From: a virus
Taxonomy: Duplodnaviria; Caudoviricetes
DNA: 64,000 bases
Virus record (IMG/VR): IMGVR_UViG_3300036770_005357
Reading direction: 5' to 3' (one strand)
The position numbers and the translations under genes were made by a program. This document shows positions 1 through 8,224 of the stretch, one piece after another. The notes under the pieces are model-generated. The model did not search any database. It had not been told where the DNA came from and saw nothing but the letters and a program-made list of their open reading frames with translations. Position 1 is the first letter of the stretch. Each line of letters begins with the position of its first letter.

Positions 1-890
1 CATTAGTTCCACTCGTACCACTTGTACCGCTTTGACCGGTGCTTCCGCTGCTACCACTTGTACCACCAGAACCGGATGTACCACTACTACCACTTGTTGC
101 GGAAGGTCCACTTGTACCACTTGTACCGCTTTGACCAGTGCTACCATTGCTACCACTTGTACCACCAGAACCGGATGTACCACTACTACCACTTGTTGTG
201 GAAAGTCCACTTGTACCACTTGTACCACTTTGACCGGTGCTACCACTACTACCACTGCTGCCACTTGTACCACCGGATCCAGATGTACCACTACTACCAC
301 TTGTTGCAGAAGGTCCGCTTGTACCACTTGTACCACTTTGACCGGTACTACCATTGCTACCACTTGTGCCACTTGTACCACTTGTGCCTGATGTACCGCT
401 ACTACCTGATATATCACTTGTTCCACTTGTACCGTTTTCACCTGTAGTACCACTTGTACCCGATGTTCCACTAGAACCGGATGTACCGCTACTACCACTT
501 GTTGTGGAAGGTCCGCTTGTACCGGATGTACCATTTTTACCAGAAGTTCCACTTGTACCACTAGAACCGGATGTACCACTACTACCACTTGTTGCGGAAA
601 GTCCACTTGTACCACTTGTACCACTTTGACCATCACTGCCACTAGTTGATGAGAGTCCGCTTGTACCACTTGTACCATTTATACCAGTGCTACCACTTGT
701 ACCATGTGTACCGCTACTTCCCGATGTACCCGATGTACCCGATGTACCACTAACACCTGAAGATCCACTACTATCCGCATTTAATCCACTTGTACCGGAT
801 GTACCATTTGTACCTGTAAATCCACTAGTACCACTCGAACCACTCGTACCACTACTGCCGGACGAACCCGATGTGCCACTGGGATCGTTT
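1..890. repeat. Tandem 9-nt unit (GTACCACTT-like) with a ~99-nt higher-order repeat, encoding G-T/S-S triplets
   Basis: TTGTACCRCTTTGACC recurs at 22, 121, 220 and 328 (spacings 99, 99, 108). Confidence 0.9.
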
Positions 891-1357
891 GATTGACATC
901 CTAACGCATAACCAGCAGTATTATCCGTAAAAGTTATAGTTGCTGTGTAATTGTCAACTAAAACTATTGATTCTGGAATGAGTTGGTTAAAATTTTCGTC
1001 ATAAACTTGTATTAAAGCCAACTTAGAACCCAAGTTATGATAAAAAGTCCATGTTGTAGAAGCGATACTAAAATGTTGTGAGTTACATGTAGTTTCATTT
1101 GTACCACTTGTACCTGAAGTATTAGGTGAAAATATATTCCATGTAACTAAATCTGTATCTAATGTATAAAAATTACCACTGCCAGTAACATGGGCCATCA
1201 TACCCGCTAATCTTCTTTCAGGCGGTATATTTGTGGTATTTAATTGCGCGTAGGTTCCCACCGTGTAATAACCACCTTTGCCTAAATTGGCTAAATGCGT
1301 CGGATATGTATCCGACGGCGCGGTTGTATTAATATAATCTGTTACACGAATAGGCAT
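1..1357 (-). CDS. Gly-Thr-Ser (collagen-like triplet) repeat virion fibre protein, runs off the window end (not in the ORF track)
   Basis: Manual translation from ATG at 1357 gives MPIRVTDYINTTAPSDTYPTHLANLGKGGYYTVG..., followed by long SGTSGTSGSSG repeats. The frame matches at position 2 (...GTSGTSGTN). It lies 3 nt downstream of the co-oriented 1361..2413 gene. Confidence 0.85.
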   Translation of the reverse strand, partial: MPIRVTDYINTTAPSDTYPTHLANLGKGGYYTVGTYAQLNTTNIPPERRLAGMMAHVTGSGNFYTLDTDLVTWNIFSPNTSGTSGTNETTCNSQHFSIASTTWTFYHNLGSKLALIQVYDENFNQLIPESIVLVDNYTATITFTDNTAGYALGCQSNDPSGTSGSSGSSGTSGSSGTSGFTGTNGTSGTSGLNADSSGSSGVSGTSGTSGTSGSSGTHGTSGSTGINGTSGTSGLSSTSGSDGQSGTSGTSGLSATSGSSGTSGSSGTSGTSGKNGTSGTSGPSTTSGSSGTSGSSGTSGTSGTTGENGTSGTSDISGSSGTSGTSGTSGTSGSNGSTGQSGTSGTSGPSATSGSSGTSGSGGTSGSSGSSGSTGQSGTSGTSGLSTTSGSSGTSGSGGTSGSNGSTGQSGTSGTSGPSATSGSSGTSGSGGTSGSSGSTGQSGTSGTSGTN

Positions 1358-1360
1358 ATA

Positions 1361-2413
1361 TTAAGATGTTTCAATATCTATTGACGACCCCAATTTATTA
1401 GTTGTTCTATGTACATAATAATTAGTTGTTATACCAAAAGTATTAGTTACAGAAACTGTAGTAGGCGGTTCCATGGCAACATTTAAAAGTGTAAGTGTAT
1501 CTGTAAAATTTGTAAGTAAAGTATAGGAGGTAGGATAACAAATATATTTATAATTACTCGCTTGAAAACTATAAGTTCGTGGTGAATCAGAAACTAAAAT
1601 ATTTACTCGCAACGATTCAATGTCAGATTCACTTAAAGAAGTCAATGAACTTTCACCATAATAAATTTTCCAATACCAATTTACCGTGTAAGTTCTATCA
1701 AATGTTATAGAATTTGTATTCACAGCGGAAATTGTCCATACATTTGAATCTTTTATAGTTTTAGTTATTGAAGATGGTAGGCTGAGAACTTCGGTACCAT
1801 CATTTGCTAATCCGGTTCCTAAAATTACTAAATTTGTCGTGTCTACAATTTGAATACTATTCGCTTGTATATTACTCGGATTTGTAGTTGACCAAGTAAA
1901 AGTTTTATTACCGGATGGTATAGTATCTCCTACTTCTATTGGTGTTGTCTGATTAAAACTAAATGCACTAAAAGTAGGAGACTGATATGGATATAATAAA
2001 TCATCTAATACACTTTGTATTGACACATTATTAAATGTAGTACCAGCATCCACTCCACCTAAAGTCACAGGCACAGGTGTTAAATTTGTATAAAATCCAC
2101 CGTAACTGGAAGTTAAGGCATGACTTGATGTTATTGGATATGTACTACCTGTAAATAAAGCAGTACCTGCTACGAAAGGTACTAAATTTGCATCTGCAAC
2201 GCCATCTCTATACCAATAGATATATGATGTGCCGTTTATAATTAATCTTACTTGTAAAGATTGGAAGCGTACTGCTTGAGGTATAGCAGCATTTGCTGCA
2301 GCTTTAGCGGCTGTTTCGGTAGTAGCAGAGTATGGACCAGACCACGCGTCAACTGGATACGGATTGACCGGTTGAATACCAAACTCAAATTGTACTCCGG
2401 TAGTTAAAGCCAT
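1361..2413 (-). CDS. putative virion structural (fibre/collar) protein
   Basis: 350 aa, T/S-rich with beta-like composition. Its C-terminal half resembles that of 8225..10876, and it sits in the fibre cluster. Confidence 0.6.
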   Translation of the reverse strand: MALTTGVQFEFGIQPVNPYPVDAWSGPYSATTETAAKAAANAAIPQAVRFQSLQVRLIINGTSYIYWYRDGVADANLVPFVAGTALFTGSTYPITSSHALTSSYGGFYTNLTPVPVTLGGVDAGTTFNNVSIQSVLDDLLYPYQSPTFSAFSFNQTTPIEVGDTIPSGNKTFTWSTTNPSNIQANSIQIVDTTNLVILGTGLANDGTEVLSLPSSITKTIKDSNVWTISAVNTNSITFDRTYTVNWYWKIYYGESSLTSLSESDIESLRVNILVSDSPRTYSFQASNYKYICYPTSYTLLTNFTDTLTLLNVAMEPPTTVSVTNTFGITTNYYVHRTTNKLGSSIDIETS

Positions 2414-2431
2414 ATTAAGTTACAAATAAAT

Positions 2432-2542
2432 TTAATTTGCGCTTAAACTATTGTGAATTAATGGAGTATACAATTTTTCAGAATAAATTTCTTTATTAAA
2501 ATTTATATATGTACAAACGAAAACTTTAGCGGTACTAATCAT
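2432..2542 (-). CDS. possible 36-aa small protein (MISTAKVFVCTYINFNKEIYSEKLYTPLIHNSLSAN)
   Basis: ATG at 2542 lies 6 nt downstream of an exact TATTTATA motif (2549-2556, minus strand). The ORF fills an otherwise empty gap. Confidence 0.25.
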   Translation of the reverse strand: MISTAKVFVCTYINFNKEIYSEKLYTPLIHNSLSAN

Positions 2543-2631
2543 ATTTCTTATAAATATTGAAACAATAGAAATAGATTTCAATAATTATTTTATAGTGATA
2601 TAATAAGTTATTTTATAATATTTATAAATGT

Positions 2632-2865
2632 ATGGCCTCGATGGAAAAAAATTCTGAAAGCAGTATCGGTGGAATATCGGTACGAGCAATTATTGTACTT
2701 TTTTTAATAGTAGTATTTGCAGTTGCTGTGTTTATGAAAATAACCAACGAGGCACTTAATAGTGTTGTTATGGCTGTTATCGGATGGTATTTTGGACAAA
2801 AAAGCAACGGAAATGGTAGTAAACCGGTTGAAACACAGGAATCTACACAATCATCTCCTCAATAA
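2632..2865 (+). CDS. small 2-TM membrane protein, holin-like
   Basis: 77 aa with two hydrophobic segments ending in VIGWYFG and a polar C-tail. TATTTATA lies 5 nt upstream. Confidence 0.5.
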   Translation: MASMEKNSESSIGGISVRAIIVLFLIVVFAVAVFMKITNEALNSVVMAVIGWYFGQKSNGNGSKPVETQESTQSSPQ

Positions 2866-2868
2866 TAA

Positions 2869-4947
2869 TTAAGGTTGTTCGGGAAATAATGTTTTTCTGG
2901 TATTGTGTATTTTATTAATAGCTTGTGTCAAATTCATGTTATAATTCGCATTTAAATCTCGGGACCAAACTTCCCACCAAAATAATATACCATATAATTC
3001 ACTCGCAAATGTACCGCTTGGCGTTTTCCAAGGTTCATATTGTTGTCTAGTAAATCTTAAAACACGATCACAATATACTCCTGTTAAATTCGTTATCAAC
3101 GATGTTAGTATAGCAGGATCGGTATTAGGAGGTCGTTGGTTAGCATCAAATAAAAAGTTATATGATTGTGCAGCTGCATATGCTGGATAGAATCCTATAT
3201 TTGACCACGACCAATATCCATTTGGTACATTTGTTGCACCTTTTTCAGTAAATTCCATAGCTTTCATAATATTTAATATTCCTATACCTAATGGTCTATT
3301 TGTCCATGATGTATAAATACCAACGCCATTTAACTTATATGGATAAAACAATTGATATCCGAATGCTGTAAAATAACCTTGATCAAGTGGTATTTGATCT
3401 ACATTATTTCTATTACCACTATTTAATACCATAGCTAATTGATACCAAGAAGTAGATTCCATTCCTTTTGATGCATAAGGCACCATACCTTTAATATCGG
3501 AAGAGAATTCAGGCGTGCCTCTAACATGTGGTGATGTAAAAAACACCCTATTAGCTTGATAATACCATCTTCTCTTATCACTCCAGTATCCTTGTGTATA
3601 TCCGAGTTCTTCAAATTCAAATGTTTTCATAATTTCAAAATTTTTAACATTCATCCATTTAAAATCACTCATGACTTTTAGAGCGAAATCTGCGTATGCT
3701 TTTGATGTTACAGCGCCGTGTGGTTGAGTGTTAATTGTATTAAATATTTGATAATATGATTCGCCCAGTCTATAAAAATATGTATCTAATAAACCGGGCG
3801 CTTTTGTCTTATCAGTTAAGTTTTTAAAAGTGTTGTAATGACTTTGATATACTCCCAACATACCTGTATTAGTAGCCGGGTAATAATTTGTACCCCAAGA
3901 ATCAAGTGGATGAAAATGTGGTAACCATCTGTTCCAGTCTGGAAACGGCATTATTTGTGGTATTTCTCTTTGATTTAATGTCAACAGTGCATTGTATGAT
4001 TGTAATCCATTTGTACCGTAGTTAACTAATCCTGACAATATACCGTTTGGATAAAGATTGGTTAACATAGGTGCATCATCCATTAACACCCATTCTAATC
4101 CAGCTCCTGCAGCCCAACTTCTGACCGGTTTACTATCCATGCCGGGACCAGGCTGATAAGCTGGATTCCACGGTCTACCTTTTTCCTCGTAAGGCACATC
4201 TCTGGTTCTTATAAAACTAGCAATATCTTGTGCATCTTGTAAACTCAAATTATGAAGTGCTGTAGAACGAAGCACAATGCTTTTATTTGAATAATTGAAA
4301 TACTTAAGGTCATATCCTTCGTGCACATGACAATCTTCACATTTTGCTCTTAAAGGTATTCCATTATGTGTAATTGTTGCGTTAAACCATTTATTTGAAC
4401 CGTTATTTATATTTGCAGCATTATATGTGTATGGCTTCCATTTACTCGGATCGTCTTGTACCTTTTTAGTATAAAGAGCTAAATCGGTATAATTAGAATT
4501 TACAATTCCAATATCCAATAATCTGTAACCTATTGTTAAACCATTTAAATCGTTGAATCTAAAAGTAATAGTATTTGTTGACGAAAAATAAGCATTAGGT
4601 ATTGCTAAAAATATATTGAATGTTGAAACTGGTCCCGTGAAATATGTGTTTCCCATACCTTGATATATTCTTTCATATACATTTAAAAAAGTGACATTGC
4701 TATTACTCATTGTATACCACGGAGAATTGTTTACCTTTATACTTGCTTTATTTGTATAAGTTAAACCGTGCATTTTTAACCTTAAACCCACCGCAGAACT
4801 TGGTGAAGCGTTTAAATTTAAATTAATTTTTTCTGTAGCACCATTTTTTCCAAACACTTCTACTGGAAAAATAATTGTATTATTTAACTGGGCTAAACTG
4901 TTAGTAATCAAAAAAAGAAATGATAGTATCAATAGTATATTTTTCAT
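2869..4947 (-). CDS. secreted protein with a single CxxCH c-type haem-binding motif
   Basis: Sec-type signal peptide MKNILLILSFLFLITNSLA-Q. CEDCH lies at 4327-4341, followed by DLKYFNYSN...GRPWNPAYQPGPG...WAAGAGL. Confidence 0.65.
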   Translation of the reverse strand: MKNILLILSFLFLITNSLAQLNNTIIFPVEVFGKNGATEKINLNLNASPSSAVGLRLKMHGLTYTNKASIKVNNSPWYTMSNSNVTFLNVYERIYQGMGNTYFTGPVSTFNIFLAIPNAYFSSTNTITFRFNDLNGLTIGYRLLDIGIVNSNYTDLALYTKKVQDDPSKWKPYTYNAANINNGSNKWFNATITHNGIPLRAKCEDCHVHEGYDLKYFNYSNKSIVLRSTALHNLSLQDAQDIASFIRTRDVPYEEKGRPWNPAYQPGPGMDSKPVRSWAAGAGLEWVLMDDAPMLTNLYPNGILSGLVNYGTNGLQSYNALLTLNQREIPQIMPFPDWNRWLPHFHPLDSWGTNYYPATNTGMLGVYQSHYNTFKNLTDKTKAPGLLDTYFYRLGESYYQIFNTINTQPHGAVTSKAYADFALKVMSDFKWMNVKNFEIMKTFEFEELGYTQGYWSDKRRWYYQANRVFFTSPHVRGTPEFSSDIKGMVPYASKGMESTSWYQLAMVLNSGNRNNVDQIPLDQGYFTAFGYQLFYPYKLNGVGIYTSWTNRPLGIGILNIMKAMEFTEKGATNVPNGYWSWSNIGFYPAYAAAQSYNFLFDANQRPPNTDPAILTSLITNLTGVYCDRVLRFTRQQYEPWKTPSGTFASELYGILFWWEVWSRDLNANYNMNLTQAINKIHNTRKTLFPEQP

Positions 4948-4962
4948 AAATAATATATAGTT

Positions 4963-7900
4963 TTAATTTGTTTGTACATAATAACCCTTACTTTCCAAAC
5001 TTGTTTTAGCGGTAAGACCAACTCCAGATGGCGAAGCATTTGTACCACCTGTTAAAATAATAAGTTTATCCGTTAAATTATTACCTGTGGGTGTTGAATA
5101 AGAATCTATTTTTTGTAAAATATTATTTACAGCTGCTTCTGTTAAAGCGTTATCCGCTAAATCAAAATGATATGTGGTTGTAATATTTACACTGGTTGGC
5201 ATAGTAACCGTTGTAATATTATTTACACCACCAAATATTTGTGTTAAGTTGGTATTATTACTTAAATTAATTGAAGTTAATGTATTATTAGCAAAATGTA
5301 ATTCTTGTAGATTTGTCAACGCAGTTAATGATAGTGTAGACAAGTTATTACTTTCACAATTTAAAAAGGTTAAAGCTGTATTGTTACTTACATTTAGAGT
5401 TGACAGTGAATTTATACCTATATTTAGATATGTTAAAGCTGTATTATTTGTAAGAGTAATTGTAGATAACAAATTTTGACTGATATCCATTGTCAATAAT
5501 CCGGTATTATTATTTAAGTTTAATGAACTAAGTTGATTGTTGTTAGCTTGCAAATATTTTAATGCGGTATTTGTTGTTAGTGATAACGATGGCAAAGCAC
5601 ATCCTATACAACTTAAGTTTTCTAAAGCAGTCATATTATCCACATTCAACGATGTCATTATATTATTATTACAAGATAATATTGTTATAACCGGGTTATT
5701 ACTAAGATCCAAAGATGTAAAGTCATTATTATCACAATAAAGTTGTGTTATTGAACCATTACCTGTCAAGTTTAGTGATGTTAAGTTTTGAAATGTTACA
5801 TCCAAAGTCTTTAAATTACTATAGGTTGATAAGTTTTCAATGTCTGTTATATTTGCATCGTCTGGGAATTCTAATGTATACACATCCGTTGGTGTTACAT
5901 TGAGTTGGAAATAATTTAGGGTTACATCTGTATTTGCCGTACCACCATAATTTTCAGCGGTATACCAATTTAAGTTAGATGTACTTGGTGTGTATTCTAA
6001 TCGTTCTGTAGGAACTGCATAAGTAAAATCAGCACTAGAAGTAACACTTCCACCTGGTGTTTTTAAAGCAACTTTACCTGTAGTTGTAAATCCAACTGGT
6101 ACCGCAGCTACTACTTGTGTGCTTGAGTTTACTCTATAATATGCGGATGCTATATCGCTGAATGAGACGAGTGATGTATTTAAAAGATTTGTACCTGTTA
6201 TTGTTACATAAGTACCGGTTGCACCGCTATTTGGATTAAATGTTGTTATTGTAGGTGCTGGTATTATTACAGTAAATGTAGAAGGATCTGTAGTTGCTGT
6301 GCCGCCTGCAGTAGTAACTGTTATGAATCCGGTAGTTGCTACAGCAGGTATAGTTGCTTTAATTCCTTGAGATGTTACCACTGTATAAGAAGATGTCTTG
6401 TTATTGAACGCAACACTTGACACAAAAGCAAATTCAGATCCTGTTATTTCTACATCTGTATTAGCGTATGCCGATGACGGTGTAAAGCTAGTTATAGAAG
6501 GGGCTAAAACGGGTGTATAATTTGTTACAGATGTAACACTGCCTAGATCTGTGGTGATGGTTATAGGACCAGTTGTTGTACCCACCGGAACTGTAGCAGT
6601 TATTTGTGTCACTGAATCTACTGTATATGTAGCGGTAGTACCATTGAAATTTACATCAGTTACATTCACAAAATAATTACCTGTAATAACAACTGTATCT
6701 CCTACGAGTCCGGCAATAGGCGTAAAACTTGTAATTACCGGAGCTAACATAGTAACTGTATAATTTGTTGCAGATTCGTCTTCACCCGTTGCAGTTATTA
6801 CTTTTATTGGTCCTGTAATAGCACCTACAGGTACGGTAGCTGTTATTTGAGTAGAAGAGTTTACTGTAAATGTCGCGGAAACATTGTTGAATTTAACTGA
6901 ACTTACACTTACAAAATACTGACCAATTATAGTTACACTACTACCTACCAATCCTGAACCGGGACTAAAAGAAGTAATAACTGGATATGGCGTATCAACA
7001 TCTATAACCCAACCTTTAGCGATTAAATTATTCAAATATGTTATACCGGTTCCACTTGGAGATTCATTGGAGCCACCGGTTATATAAAGTTTATATGTAC
7101 TTCCTTCAACTAATGTGTAACTATCTAAGGTTTCTAATATTGAATTAATTGCATTTGTGTCTAAACTATTATTGTTAAATTTAAATATAAATTCTGTACT
7201 TGTAGATGTAAGTGATGTAGGTAAAGTAATAGATGTTAAATTGTTATTTGATACATCCAAATTATAGATTTTACCAGAGTCACTTAAATCTACGGATGTT
7301 AATCCATTCGCACTCGTATTTAGTTGTTCTAATTTTATAAGTCCGGTTAAATTAATTGTTGTCAAATTGGACAATGCAACATTTAAAACTTTTAATTCTG
7401 TATTTGAACTTAAATCTAATGTATCCGACGCAGATCCATTTGCCATGTACAATTCTTCCAGAAATAAACAATTTGAAATATCAATGTCGTTTAAAAAATT
7501 ACAATCGCTACAATCAAAATATTTTAAATAAGGTTTTGTTCCCAATGTAATTGATGTTAATAATCTACTATCAGAACAATCAAATCTTTCCAAGTTTAAA
7601 TTATGACCATTTAAATTAATAGATTGTAAATCATTACCACCACATTCAATTATTTCTAATGTTTCTATACCGGTAAAATCTAATTCTGTAATAATATTAT
7701 CTACACAATATAAATGTGTTAAATTTGGAGTCTGTGTTAAATCTAAAGTTCCAATATTGTTATCAGAACAATTGAGTTTTAGTAAATTACTATTGCCCGA
7801 TAAATCTAAAGACGAAGAAAAATTGTTCTCCGAACAGTAAAATTCTAGTAATTCGGAATTTGATGTAGTATCTATACTACTAAATTGGTTGTTTGTAATG

Positions 7901-8220
7901 TTCAAATATTCAAGATCTGTATTATTAGAAAGATCAAGTGTTTCAAGACCGTTATAACTACAATCTAAATAAATTAATGATGTATTATATGTAAGGTCTA
8001 ATTCTGTCAATAAATTAAAAGTACATGTTAAATGTGTTAAATTTGTATTTTGTGAAAAATTTGTAACACCAATATTATTATAAGAACAATCTAAACGAGC
8101 TAAATTTGGATTTAAGCGAGTTTTAATATTACTTATATCATGATTTTGAATACTAAAACTATTCAAATTTTCATAGTTTCCTAAGTTTTGAAGAATCTTA
8201 ATTTTTGATGGTGTTGACAT
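4963..8220 (-). CDS. leucine-rich-repeat protein with four IPT/TIG domains (LRR-IPTx4-LRR), adhesin/receptor-binding-like
   Basis: Two arrays of ~21-aa LxxLxCxxNxLxxLDLSxN repeats. Four P-x-I-T-S/T-F-x-P...G..VTI.G Ig-like repeats lie between them. Confidence 0.85.
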   Translation of the reverse strand: MSTPSKIKILQNLGNYENLNSFSIQNHDISNIKTRLNPNLARLDCSYNNIGVTNFSQNTNLTHLTCTFNLLTELDLTYNTSLIYLDCSYNGLETLDLSNNTDLEYLNITNNQFSSIDTTSNSELLEFYCSENNFSSSLDLSGNSNLLKLNCSDNNIGTLDLTQTPNLTHLYCVDNIITELDFTGIETLEIIECGGNDLQSINLNGHNLNLERFDCSDSRLLTSITLGTKPYLKYFDCSDCNFLNDIDISNCLFLEELYMANGSASDTLDLSSNTELKVLNVALSNLTTINLTGLIKLEQLNTSANGLTSVDLSDSGKIYNLDVSNNNLTSITLPTSLTSTSTEFIFKFNNNSLDTNAINSILETLDSYTLVEGSTYKLYITGGSNESPSGTGITYLNNLIAKGWVIDVDTPYPVITSFSPGSGLVGSSVTIIGQYFVSVSSVKFNNVSATFTVNSSTQITATVPVGAITGPIKVITATGEDESATNYTVTMLAPVITSFTPIAGLVGDTVVITGNYFVNVTDVNFNGTTATYTVDSVTQITATVPVGTTTGPITITTDLGSVTSVTNYTPVLAPSITSFTPSSAYANTDVEITGSEFAFVSSVAFNNKTSSYTVVTSQGIKATIPAVATTGFITVTTAGGTATTDPSTFTVIIPAPTITTFNPNSGATGTYVTITGTNLLNTSLVSFSDIASAYYRVNSSTQVVAAVPVGFTTTGKVALKTPGGSVTSSADFTYAVPTERLEYTPSTSNLNWYTAENYGGTANTDVTLNYFQLNVTPTDVYTLEFPDDANITDIENLSTYSNLKTLDVTFQNLTSLNLTGNGSITQLYCDNNDFTSLDLSNNPVITILSCNNNIMTSLNVDNMTALENLSCIGCALPSLSLTTNTALKYLQANNNQLSSLNLNNNTGLLTMDISQNLLSTITLTNNTALTYLNIGINSLSTLNVSNNTALTFLNCESNNLSTLSLTALTNLQELHFANNTLTSINLSNNTNLTQIFGGVNNITTVTMPTSVNITTTYHFDLADNALTEAAVNNILQKIDSYSTPTGNNLTDKLIILTGGTNASPSGVGLTAKTSLESKGYYVQTN

Positions 8221-8224
8221 ATTT

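Noticed and set aside
1-890. Possible CRISPR array
   Set aside because: There are no unique spacers. The repeats are degenerate, multiples of 3 and protein-coding, and no cas genes are present.
22-896. Plus-strand ORFs 22..447, 32..391, 354..629 and 687..896 (His/Tyr-, Cys/Thr- or Pro/Val-rich)
   Set aside because: They are antisense shadows of the 9-nt GTS repeat. The real gene is the minus-strand frame from 1357.
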